Shown: positions 40,813-50,002 of the stretch, in pieces
Position numbering within the stretch: the first letter of the stretch is position 1
How the letters are laid out: the number at the start of each line of letters is the position of its first letter
Assembly: GCA_042569905.1 (NCBI GenBank)
Contig: JBHPHA010000002.1
Span: 3,756 to 67,755 of the forward strand
Direction: 5' to 3'
DNA: 64,000 bases
Source of the DNA: Patescibacteria group bacterium
GTDB taxonomy: Bacteria > Patescibacteriota > Minisyncoccia > Moranbacterales > UBA9337
Made by a program: the position numbers and the translations under genes
The notes under the pieces: generated by a model
What the model saw: only the letters and a program-made list of their open reading frames with translations
Told to the model about the DNA's origin: nothing
Database searches by the model: none

Positions 40813-43614
40813 TTATTTATTCTCCCATTCAAAAATATCAATAATATTATCAATGGCATTTTTTACACGATCAATTATACTTTGCCTTTCCAATATTCCT
40901 GATCCTCCTCGTGAATCAATAATTTTTTGACCTCGAGGCAATTTTTGAGTGTAGATATATTCACTGATCAAATCTTCAAATTTATCTAGAGGAATATTTT
41001 CTTCTTCTGCAATGTTTCTCAAAAAATCAGAACGTTCATTTTCCCAAAATTCACCAAATACTTTTTCAACATCATCAGACTCATCAATTCTAGGCAAATT
41101 TTCTTCAATAAACTTTCGGATCAAATCTTTCTTCTTACGAAGCCTTGCGTCGCGATCAAAAATATTTAGAATATCTTCAATCTTTCTCTCCTTAACTGAA
41201 TTAGAAGTAACACCCTTTAATCCTGCAATAAGCTGAATGATATAATCAAAATTAATGGAAACTGTAACCGTTAACTCTACTTCAAAATCAATTTGATCCA
41301 AAATAGACTCAGTCTGACCGCTATCCTTTCTATCATGATGAATATCCAAATATTTACTTTGATAGTCATAGAACTCCTGCTCAGAAATTCCCAGATCAGA
41401 AAAAGAAAATTCAGCAAAAGTTTCAAGCGATGCCTTGGCACGCAAAAGATCACGAAACGTTTTCACAAATTCAGCCTTTTCCTCTTCTCCAGCCAACGCA
41501 TCCACAGACTCAACAGTTGGAACTTTTTCACGTAGCTCAATCAACTTACCCTCAAAGTCCTTTTTCTGCTCCTCATATGGTCTTTTAAAAACAATTTCTT
41601 TTGCATTTTCATCACCATAAAGAGCCAGTGACTTGTCGGTCGCATCTTTCAAATTCCTAAAAGAAATAATATTCCCATGAGGCTTGTCAGAATTCAAAAG
41701 CCTATTTGTCCTTGAGTAAGCTTGAATCAATCCATGATAGCGCAAATTCTTATCGACATACAGAGTGTTTAATCTAGGACTATCAAAACCAGTCAAAAAC
41801 ATATTCACAACCAAAACAAGATCAACTTCCTTATCTTTAATTCTTTTTTGCAGATCTTTGTAATACTCATAGAAAGTATTAGTTGAAAAATTAGTCGCAT
41901 GTTCCTTATTATAATCTGAAATACAGTCCTCCAAAAAATCCCTTGAATGTTTGTTTATCACGTCACCTTCATCAACAAAAACATCACTGTCGAGTATATC
42001 AGAATTATCCTCTTCATTAGCTTGATAGGTGAAAATTGTCGCTATCTTAAATTTCTCAGATTTCTTTTCGCTTATCAGCTTATAATATTTTTTCAAAACA
42101 TCAATATTTGAAACTGCAAACAAAGCATTAAATTTTCCGTCCTTGGTTTTTCTTTTCCAATCCGCCAAAACATAATCTGAGATTTTATTCAATCGATCAT
42201 CACTTTCCAAAACTTCTCTTGTGTCCACTCCCTCAACCAAAGTCTCAGCAAAGATGTCCGCATCCAGTGTGTCAGGATATTTCTGCTTATACCTCCCAAC
42301 ATATTCCACAGCAAAGCCAAGTACATTATTATCAGAGATTGCATGCGTGATGATATACTTATGCAAACAATCACCAAACACATCAGCAGTTGTCACTCCT
42401 CCAACATTATTCTCAGCAAAAATGGGTGTCCCTGTGAAACCAAAAAGTTGCGCTTTTTTGAAAAAGCTTTTGATCCGAGCGTGAGTTTGCCCAAACTGAC
42501 TCCTGTGACACTCATCAAAAATGATCACGACTTTTTCATTCGCCAAATTTTCAATCTTTTTCAAATATGACTCTCTTCCAATAGCAATATCCAGTTTCTG
42601 AATCGTAGTCACAATTAACTTCCTTTTTCCATCTTTCAATTGTGAAACAAGATTGCGAGTGTTTTCGGTTCCGTCCACTGACCCATCAGAGAAAGAATTG
42701 AATTCCTTGGTAGTTTGAATGTCCAAATCCTTTCTGTCCACAACGAAAATAACTTTCTTGATTTCCGGCATTCTTGAGAGGACCTGACTGGCTTTGAAAG
42801 AAGTCAAAGTCTTTCCTGATCCAGTTGTGTGCCAAATGTAGCCATTTTTTTCCGACTCATTCACTCGCTTTTCAATTTTTTGACAAGCGTAATATTGATA
42901 TGGTCGGAGCACCATTGGGATTCTCAGTGACTCAGCTAAAACAATATACTCCGCAATCATTTCACTGACCGTACATTTTGCCAAAAATGCCTCTGCAAAT
43001 TCACTCAGCTGAGTAATTTTTTTGTTGTCCTCATCAGTCCAATAGAAAGTTTGCTCAAAAGATTGCTTTGGATTATTTGAAAAATATTTTGTGTTGACCC
43101 CGTTTGAAATCACAAAAATCTGGACATATTCAAAAAGCGTTCCAGAAAAAGAATGCTTGTGGTATCTCTGAATCTGATTAAAAGCCTCTTTCATTTCCAC
43201 TCCTCGCCTCTTGAGCTCAATTTGAACCAAGGGTAAGCCATTGATGAGAAGTGTCACGTCATAGCGATTTTCATATCTCCCTGTTTGAGTAACTTGAGTC
43301 GCCACTTGATATTCATTTTTGCACCACTGATCCATGTTGAAAAAACGAACATAGAGAGTGCTTTCGTCATCACGCTTGAGAACAAATCGATCCCTCAATG
43401 TTTTTGCTTTTTCAAATCTGTCACCCTTGTTCAAATGATTCAAAATTCTCGAAAATTCAGTTTCAGAAAATTTTGTCTGATTGAATTTTTCAAGTTGTGA
43501 CCGAAGATTCTCAACCAAAGCTCTCTCATCTTCGATTTTCACGCTCAAAAAACCCAATCTATTCAATTGTTCAATTAAAGTATTTTCAAGTTGTTGTTCT
43601 GATTGATGTTTCAT
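40813..43614 (-). CDS. hsdR: Type I restriction enzyme R subunit
   Basis: 933 aa; N-terminal nuclease region (RYDVTLLINGLPLVQIELKRRG), SF2 helicase motifs (TGSGKT, DECHRSQ). Confidence 0.95.
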   Translation of the reverse strand: MKHQSEQQLENTLIEQLNRLGFLSVKIEDERALVENLRSQLEKFNQTKFSETEFSRILNHLNKGDRFEKAKTLRDRFVLKRDDESTLYVRFFNMDQWCKNEYQVATQVTQTGRYENRYDVTLLINGLPLVQIELKRRGVEMKEAFNQIQRYHKHSFSGTLFEYVQIFVISNGVNTKYFSNNPKQSFEQTFYWTDEDNKKITQLSEFAEAFLAKCTVSEMIAEYIVLAESLRIPMVLRPYQYYACQKIEKRVNESEKNGYIWHTTGSGKTLTSFKASQVLSRMPEIKKVIFVVDRKDLDIQTTKEFNSFSDGSVDGTENTRNLVSQLKDGKRKLIVTTIQKLDIAIGRESYLKKIENLANEKVVIIFDECHRSQFGQTHARIKSFFKKAQLFGFTGTPIFAENNVGGVTTADVFGDCLHKYIITHAISDNNVLGFAVEYVGRYKQKYPDTLDADIFAETLVEGVDTREVLESDDRLNKISDYVLADWKRKTKDGKFNALFAVSNIDVLKKYYKLISEKKSEKFKIATIFTYQANEEDNSDILDSDVFVDEGDVINKHSRDFLEDCISDYNKEHATNFSTNTFYEYYKDLQKRIKDKEVDLVLVVNMFLTGFDSPRLNTLYVDKNLRYHGLIQAYSRTNRLLNSDKPHGNIISFRNLKDATDKSLALYGDENAKEIVFKRPYEEQKKDFEGKLIELREKVPTVESVDALAGEEEKAEFVKTFRDLLRAKASLETFAEFSFSDLGISEQEFYDYQSKYLDIHHDRKDSGQTESILDQIDFEVELTVTVSINFDYIIQLIAGLKGVTSNSVKERKIEDILNIFDRDARLRKKKDLIRKFIEENLPRIDESDDVEKVFGEFWENERSDFLRNIAEEENIPLDKFEDLISEYIYTQKLPRGQKIIDSRGGSGILERQSIIDRVKNAIDNIIDIFEWENK

Positions 43615-43642
43615 GTTATTTATCTTTTAAATTTGAACTATT

Positions 43643-44254
43643 TTAACCCCCTTTCAATACGCTTTTAATTTTTCTCATATACTCATCACCACAACTTTCC
43701 TCCAAGCTACCCAGAATCATTTGTGCCGACTTATATGGACTACTTGGAAGAGAATCTATGTACTTATATTTTTCATACTTCTTATCCCAAGTTTCACTTA
43801 TCAACTCATGAAGAATTAAGAATAGTTTGAAAATAATAGAATCTGCTGTCTCTGAAGAAAATTTATGATAAGAAGATTTTTTTTCTGGAAAACGAATGTG
43901 ATATGTGAGCGGACCAATTTCGTGTTCAATCATTCGTACCGCGGCGTGTCTGATGTTTCCGTTTTTGTGCAAAAGTAAATTCAGTAACCAATGAAACATA
44001 AAATCAGGCTGATCCTCATTATCATGCAAAAAATACATCACTGAAACAGCTACGACGAAATTTTCTTGCCTCCAATCTTCTTGAATTTTTGAATATTTTT
44101 CCGGAGCACTATTGATGATTTTTTTGATACTTTTAAATTCATTTCTTCCACTGCGAGAGCTATGCAAAAAATTCCGCACCTCGCGTGCAGCTTTGCGACT
44201 CTCCTCCCTATTTGCATTCAAAATTGTGTCAAATATCTCAATAAATGTTTTCAT
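43643..44254 (-). CDS. hypothetical HEAT/ARM-repeat-like protein (cargo between hsdR 5' copies)
   Basis: ATG 44254 (track GTG 44317 is less likely); all-helical; NGNIRHAAVRMIEHEIG resembles a HEAT repeat. Confidence 0.55.
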   Translation of the reverse strand: MKTFIEIFDTILNANREESRKAAREVRNFLHSSRSGRNEFKSIKKIINSAPEKYSKIQEDWRQENFVVAVSVMYFLHDNEDQPDFMFHWLLNLLLHKNGNIRHAAVRMIEHEIGPLTYHIRFPEKKSSYHKFSSETADSIIFKLFLILHELISETWDKKYEKYKYIDSLPSSPYKSAQMILGSLEESCGDEYMRKIKSVLKGG

Positions 44255-44350
44255 GGTTTTTACTTTAAAACAGTTTTTTATCCTTATTTTTTTCCAATCT
44301 CTCAGAGAAAAAGACACCCGACTTTTTTCAACTCATCACTCCCCTTCTTG

Positions 44351-44416
44351 TCATCCCGAGCGATTCAATTGACCAATTAACGTATTTTCAAGTTGTTGTT
44401 CTGATTGATGCTTCAT
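44351..44416 (-). pseudogene. hsdR 5'-end remnant (MKHQSEQQLENTLIGQLNRSG*), second copy
   Basis: 44363-44416 is 50/54 identical to 43561-43614; homology ends where the TTGTCATCCCGAGCG terminus (44341-44362) begins. Confidence 0.85.
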
Positions 44417-44425
44417 AATTGATTA

Positions 44426-45007
44426 CTAAATAATATCATTAATTTTCAATAAATATTTAACACATAAAGAATATTCTTTGTCATACCATGCTTCCTTCTT
44501 TAAATCATCAAGTGCATTATTTTTTAATGTTGAATTAGATGACCTAAAGCACTCATTAATCAACTTATTAATTACATCAAGTTTTTCTTGTCTTTTTTCA
44601 ACTAATTCAAGTCTATTTAAGTCAATATCTAAAATTGTTAGTTCTCCTCGCTCTGATCCTCTTTTTTGCTTCAACATAGAGCCAAGTGCAATAATGTGCC
44701 CACCCGGATCTTCTTCATAAGGATTTATATATGGGGTATTATTATCAAATTTATCACGTTTCTTATTATTACACTTCCAACAAGCAACACCTAAATTATC
44801 CCAACTGTATTCTAATGCAGGAAAATTAATCTTTGGCTTAATATGCTCAATATCCCCAGGATAAGTATGCGAAATCATACTCTCACAATACATACATTTA
44901 CCAAAACTTGCACCTACTAATACAGATTTATTCTTGGGATTTTTATAATCCTTACTCAGAGCTCTTGTATTTGGACATCTTGGTCTATCAATCTTTATCA
45001 TTATCAA
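44426..45007 (-). CDS. HNH endonuclease, PtuB-like (TIGR02646-type)
   Basis: CMYCES..H..GDIEHIKPK..WDNLGVACWKCNNKK HNH motif; 20-nt overlap with the upstream ATPase. Confidence 0.75.
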   Translation of the reverse strand: MIMIKIDRPRCPNTRALSKDYKNPKNKSVLVGASFGKCMYCESMISHTYPGDIEHIKPKINFPALEYSWDNLGVACWKCNNKKRDKFDNNTPYINPYEEDPGGHIIALGSMLKQKRGSERGELTILDIDLNRLELVEKRQEKLDVINKLINECFRSSNSTLKNNALDDLKKEAWYDKEYSLCVKYLLKINDII

Positions 45008-46244
45008 TTTTCATTAACTTATAAACAGCTTCTGGCATAAGCCTTCCTAGTCCTATTTCATCTAACTCTCTTCTCATATTACTAAATTCACCCTTTGTCA
45101 TACGTTTCGAAGAATATTTTTCCACAATACCCATCAACTTATCCTCTGCCCAAATTGGCATAGTAAAAGACACTCCTAAAACCTCAGTTAAAATCTCAGT
45201 TGCTGTTTTAGCTTGATTAATTAAATCAAGCTCCTGACTTACAATCTTACCATTATCATTATATTTAAAAACAAAAACATTTGAGTCCTGAACAGATCCT
45301 ACAACTAAAGGACTGTGTGTTGAAACTACAAAACGAGCCTCCGGAAAAGAATCCAGTAGATCTGGCAATATCCTTCTTTGCATTGTTGGATGTAAGTGAT
45401 TCTCAATCTCATCAATAATAACAGTAAACTCTGTTTTTTCTACAGTAGAATACATATAAATTTGCCACGCTATATCAATAAGGGCACTCACTCCTCCCGA
45501 CGCTTGCTCTAAAACAAATTCATCTTTTCCTTTATTACAGATAAAAACAATTTCTCTTTCTCTTATTTCAAAATCCTCAAAACCAAGTGTTTTAGGCAAA
45601 ATCTTCCTCAGCACATTTTTAAATCCCTCGTAAAATTTAACTTGCTCACTATCTCTCGCATTAATTTCTTTTCCACTATCATCAACTAGTCTATATCCCT
45701 GATATGCCCACCCAATTAAGGTGTTCTTCATCAAAAAACTACTCGGCTGATTATTCCCCCCAAGGTATCTATCTTTTGTAGCATTGGAAACCTCCTGAAA
45801 TGCAGATCTCTTATCTTTTTTACCAAAAGGAATATTATTCACTGGATGATAACGAAAAACTGACCTATGTGATGGAATAAAAAAACATTGTACGCCCTGT
45901 TGTCCCAATATTTGCAATTGATATTGTGCGGAATTTTGATCAGGAACTCGCAAGCTAGCTTTTTGATCATTGTCATATAAAATATATCCAATTTTACTAC
46001 TATCATTCTTATTCTCTCCATTAAAAAGTCTTGTTAAAAACGAAATAACGCCCGTCTTTTTGTCTTTTTTGGGTGTAGAACACGACTGCACCTCCCATCC
46101 AAAATGTCTTGCTAGAATATTTCCTAATATAGTAGTCTTACCACTCCCATTTGCACCCGTTAAAATAGTTAGTCTATCATGAAATTTAATCTCAACATCT
46201 TGAAATTGTTGCCATTCTTTAATTGTTAATTCCTTAAAATTCAT
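44988..46244 (-). CDS. AAA_15/21-type ATPase, PtuA-like
   Basis: Walker A GANGSGKTT; Walker B VIIDEIENHLHP; STHSP motif; ATG 46244 preferred over the track TTG 46256. Confidence 0.75.
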   Translation of the reverse strand: MNFKELTIKEWQQFQDVEIKFHDRLTILTGANGSGKTTILGNILARHFGWEVQSCSTPKKDKKTGVISFLTRLFNGENKNDSSKIGYILYDNDQKASLRVPDQNSAQYQLQILGQQGVQCFFIPSHRSVFRYHPVNNIPFGKKDKRSAFQEVSNATKDRYLGGNNQPSSFLMKNTLIGWAYQGYRLVDDSGKEINARDSEQVKFYEGFKNVLRKILPKTLGFEDFEIREREIVFICNKGKDEFVLEQASGGVSALIDIAWQIYMYSTVEKTEFTVIIDEIENHLHPTMQRRILPDLLDSFPEARFVVSTHSPLVVGSVQDSNVFVFKYNDNGKIVSQELDLINQAKTATEILTEVLGVSFTMPIWAEDKLMGIVEKYSSKRMTKGEFSNMRRELDEIGLGRLMPEAVYKLMKIDNDKD

Positions 46245-46248
46245 AGCT

Positions 46249-46316
46249 TTACACAAACAACCATTGCATCAAGCCTCCTTTCATTGCCCTGCTTGGGTGA
46301 TTTGTTATTGATTTAA
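46249..46316 (-). pseudogene. degenerate hsdS 3'-end remnant
   Basis: ~80% identical over ~68 nt to the true hsdS 3' end (46900-46968), by hand alignment; now broken by stops. Confidence 0.7.
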
Positions 46317-46333
46317 ATTATTTAATCGCATAA

Positions 46334-46882
46334 CTATCCTAAAAGAATACTCTTTAATATCTCAATTACCCCAGCTGTTCCAAGGCCACTGAGAAAATCT
46401 AATATCTTATTCTCCTTTTCTTTCTTATCAGAAATCTTCAAAATATCACTCAACTCACCATATTGCGAAACCGTCAAATTATTCTCTAGTACATTTGTCA
46501 GACTAATATTCAATGTCTGATTTAGGTTAACTGTAACACCACTCGATTCAGGTTTATCTTTTAAGGAATTAAATTCTAGAGAACCAAATTCTTCTAATTC
46601 TTCAACTATAGAGTTAAGAATTTCTTTAGCATCTTCCAGTCCCGACCTATATACTCTTTCACGGGAGACATCAGAAGCGCCTCCTGAAAATACCATCAAG
46701 CTATACTGTATCTCGTTAAAATCTTTCAAATGAGTTGAACTGCTACCAAAAATTCTTTCAATTACTCGAGCAGTTTTTGCTTCCCACCCCTTAAATTCTG
46801 AAGAATGTCTCTCTTTCTTTAAAAGATTATCTATTTTATTCAATTGACCTTTCAGTGCATCAATCTTTTTTTGCTCGTCCAT
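46334..46882 (-). CDS. hypothetical protein (cargo between the hsdS 3' end and its remnant)
   Basis: 182 aa; coiled-coil-like N-terminus; no family recognised. Confidence 0.55.
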   Translation of the reverse strand: MDEQKKIDALKGQLNKIDNLLKKERHSSEFKGWEAKTARVIERIFGSSSTHLKDFNEIQYSLMVFSGGASDVSRERVYRSGLEDAKEILNSIVEELEEFGSLEFNSLKDKPESSGVTVNLNQTLNISLTNVLENNLTVSQYGELSDILKISDKKEKENKILDFLSGLGTAGVIEILKSILLG

Positions 46883-46899
46883 ATCTTTATATTATTATT

Positions 46900-48045
46900 C
46901 TAAACAAACAACCCATGCATCAAACCTTTTTTCCATTGCTCGGCTTGGGTAATTTGTTGTTGTTTTAATTCTATATCTTCATCAATCGATGTTAAAAATT
47001 CCGCGATTTTTTGCTGCTCTGAAATTTGGGGAACTTTAGTTTTTATTTTTTCAATCGTATTCCTTGAAAGACTTGGCACACCAGATGCTTCATTGTATTT
47101 CAACCAATTGATTTTTTGAAATACTAAACTCACAAATTTCGGAATTACATTCTTAAAATCACGGGTATAAAATAATGTATCCACTGTCCAAAATTTTCCA
47201 TCATAGTAAAATGGTTTATCAATTGTACCCTTTCTACCAATCAGCACAGACTCGCCATCATAAAGAGCTTTGTCAACAGAAAGCATATAGCCGCCAGTTC
47301 CAAAAACAGGAATATTTCCACTTCCAAGATGTTTATAATCTCTACCACTTCCAATCTTTAAAACCTCCCCCAATTTTTTCTCCTCCCATTCTAGGAATTC
47401 TTTTCCATTTTCATCTTTGAATCGGATCTTTTGAGAGAAGATTTTTTGCATCATTCCTTTTTTGTAGCTTTCAAGATTTTCCTTCTGCTCTCGCAAATTT
47501 CCGATCCACTCATCCACCTCACCCAAAAACCCAGCAATTTTTTGTTGTTCTTTTAATAGAGGAAGTATCAAAGGACACCTTAAAATTTCGTCTTTTCTAA
47601 GATTTGTTTGACTAACACCATTATCAGATTTTAAGAAATATTTATTTCGATTTAATATTCGTATTAGAAAAGAGCTTATTATTTCTTCCGATTTAATTCC
47701 TCCAATTCTCTGATTAAGGGTATATTTATCATTCTGATCAACAAGAAAGCATTTACCAATTGCTTTTCCATTCGGGATATCGCTCATTACAATAGTAATA
47801 TCTTCTTTTTTAAGTGGTGAAATTTGGCTATCTGAATACTTTTTCACCTTGCCATTTTGTGAAATAAACTTTGAATTCACAACAATATATTTACCATCTT
47901 CAGAAATATCCTGCTCATGCGCCTTCCCGTTCCAAAAATCTGCAATTCGTCCCAATCTCTTCTCCTCCCACTCACCATCAAAACCACCAAATCGAAGTTT
48001 GGGAATTTTCACAGTATTCTTTTGTTTTTTATTATTTTTCATCAT
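46900..48045 (-). CDS. hsdS: Type I restriction enzyme S (specificity) subunit
   Basis: 381 aa; two target-recognition halves separated by conserved EQQKIA(G/E)FL helices. Confidence 0.9.
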   Translation of the reverse strand: MMKNNKKQKNTVKIPKLRFGGFDGEWEEKRLGRIADFWNGKAHEQDISEDGKYIVVNSKFISQNGKVKKYSDSQISPLKKEDITIVMSDIPNGKAIGKCFLVDQNDKYTLNQRIGGIKSEEIISSFLIRILNRNKYFLKSDNGVSQTNLRKDEILRCPLILPLLKEQQKIAGFLGEVDEWIGNLREQKENLESYKKGMMQKIFSQKIRFKDENGKEFLEWEEKKLGEVLKIGSGRDYKHLGSGNIPVFGTGGYMLSVDKALYDGESVLIGRKGTIDKPFYYDGKFWTVDTLFYTRDFKNVIPKFVSLVFQKINWLKYNEASGVPSLSRNTIEKIKTKVPQISEQQKIAEFLTSIDEDIELKQQQITQAEQWKKGLMHGLFV

Positions 48046-48568
48046 ATTTTCCGCTTATCAAATCAATCAACATCTTCAGATTCTTAATTTTTTTAGCTTG
48101 TTTGGCTAACAATCTTTTTGGAAATATTTTCCCATAATTTCTTTTGTTTTTTCTTTTCTTTCCATCCAAATATTTCTTTTCAAACATCTTCTTGCAATCA
48201 CAGCTACGCTGTTGTGAATAATCTTTGCCTTCTAAAATTTCAAGCAATAAAGACTCGAGACACTGATTGTTTTCAACACACACGACACCTCTCGATTGTC
48301 TTTCTGCTTTCAATTCTCGGTCAACTCCACTATCAACATCAAACACACAAACCATAATATCAGCAGGAATCTGCCTTACGATATTTCTCAAAATGCAATC
48401 AGCACCTTTCCCGTGGTTTTCCTTAACTATCGTATGCACACCGCTATCCTCTGAAAAAAGCATCTTTAGATAATTCAAAAATGCCTTCTCATGCGCACCT
48501 TCACAGTACAATAACAATGTCCTCTTAGCTGCTCTTATTTTCTTTTTGTTTGGATTTGATTGGGACAT
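48032..48568 (-). CDS. RloB / AbiLii-like (Toprim-like) protein
   Basis: LLLYCEGAHEKAFLNYL and VCVFDVDSG match RloB family motifs; 14-nt overlap with hsdS. Confidence 0.65.
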   Translation of the reverse strand: MSQSNPNKKKIRAAKRTLLLYCEGAHEKAFLNYLKMLFSEDSGVHTIVKENHGKGADCILRNIVRQIPADIMVCVFDVDSGVDRELKAERQSRGVVCVENNQCLESLLLEILEGKDYSQQRSCDCKKMFEKKYLDGKKRKNKRNYGKIFPKRLLAKQAKKIKNLKMLIDLISGKYDEK

Positions 48569-48573
48569 GAAAA

Positions 48574-49761
48574 TTACAAGTCAAATTCAGGAATAGCTCC
48601 ATAGGCTCCTGATAAATACTTAGCATAATAATTATCATCAGAACGAACATTTTCCATCTCATTCATCCTCCAAATTTCACTTTCTCCCTTTTCATTCTTT
48701 TCCGTAAAGGCGATTTGATACTTGTCCAACAAATTCAAAAGGTGTGGGCTATGGGCAGAAAAAATTAACTGTGCATTATTAGGGTTAGTTTCTTTGGAAA
48801 AAAACATTTCCAAAAGCGCCTCACTCATCATTGGATGCAAATCAGTATCAAATTCATCAAGCACCGCCACACCGCCAAATTCCAGTGTTTGCAAGATATT
48901 TTTCAAAATAGAAAAGAGTTTTTTTGTTCCAGATGATTCAAAACGAAAATCCAAATCATACTCTCCGTAATGGGAACCACGCAAATCAAAAGCTACTCCT
49001 CCGTTATCATCTTCTTTTTTTGTAATATTAATTGCTTCCAACCCAATGTCAAATTTTTGCAAGAGCTTATCTGCCTTTTTTTTGATTTTGGGATTATTCT
49101 CAAAAAAATTAGCGGCACTTACAAGATTACGAGATTCATTGTTCATCTTTCCCCAAGCAGTAACGTTCACATCGACATTTTTCCAAAAATCGAATATCTC
49201 CATACTTTCCAGGTGTTTGTCACGAATAGCAGTTGCAAGTACGGAGGCATTTTCCCTCAATCGATCATGAAAGTTTTTTCCCAGATTAAATTTATCATTC
49301 CAAATGTAATTATTTTTTTCTCCTTTTTTCCAGCTACGCTCGAAAAGTGTTGAAAATTTAACTTTTCCATGCGACTTTTTTTTCAGCTTTTCATTGAGTA
49401 TTTTATGTGTTGTAAATGATACAAAATAAATATACAAACTTTTTCCAATACTAAATTCCACCGATATTTCTACTGGGTCACTTTTTTTGTTGGTGAACTT
49501 AAAAGGAACAACAGGCATCTTTGCATCAGGTTTCTCTGTGTATGCATACACAACAAACCATTGAAGAAAAGAAATTGCCTTAAGAGCGTTTGTCTTTCCG
49601 GATGCATTGTGTCCAAAAATAGACATCACCTTTGAAAGATTCCCTCCTGTTGCATCCGCGAAATACTTTTCTGTTTTCGGAGCTTTTTCATTCACTTTAA
49701 ATGATATAATTCCCTCATCCTTGAATGAGAAAAAGTTTTTAAATTTAACTTCGTGTATCAT
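48574..49761 (-). CDS. AAA_15/21 ATPase, RloA / AbiLi-like
   Basis: Walker A GHNASGKTN; Walker B VAVLDEFDTDLHP; SAHSP. Confidence 0.75.
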   Translation of the reverse strand: MIHEVKFKNFFSFKDEGIISFKVNEKAPKTEKYFADATGGNLSKVMSIFGHNASGKTNALKAISFLQWFVVYAYTEKPDAKMPVVPFKFTNKKSDPVEISVEFSIGKSLYIYFVSFTTHKILNEKLKKKSHGKVKFSTLFERSWKKGEKNNYIWNDKFNLGKNFHDRLRENASVLATAIRDKHLESMEIFDFWKNVDVNVTAWGKMNNESRNLVSAANFFENNPKIKKKADKLLQKFDIGLEAINITKKEDDNGGVAFDLRGSHYGEYDLDFRFESSGTKKLFSILKNILQTLEFGGVAVLDEFDTDLHPMMSEALLEMFFSKETNPNNAQLIFSAHSPHLLNLLDKYQIAFTEKNEKGESEIWRMNEMENVRSDDNYYAKYLSGAYGAIPEFDL

Positions 49762-50002
49762 AATTTTGAATTACTCAATTTAATGCTACTGATATCTTAT
49801 CAAAATGCACGCTAAAAGTCAAGTTTCAACAAGAATTTGTTTGTTTAGCTTTTTAAAGTCTACTTTTCTCTAAATTAACTCAGAGGCTTTCATGTATATA
49901 CAACTCCACTAAAAACCCATTCCTCTAATATATTCAATTATACTAGAGACACTAAATACTCACACTTCTATCTTTTCAACATCACCCCCTGACTTCCTAC
50001 CC

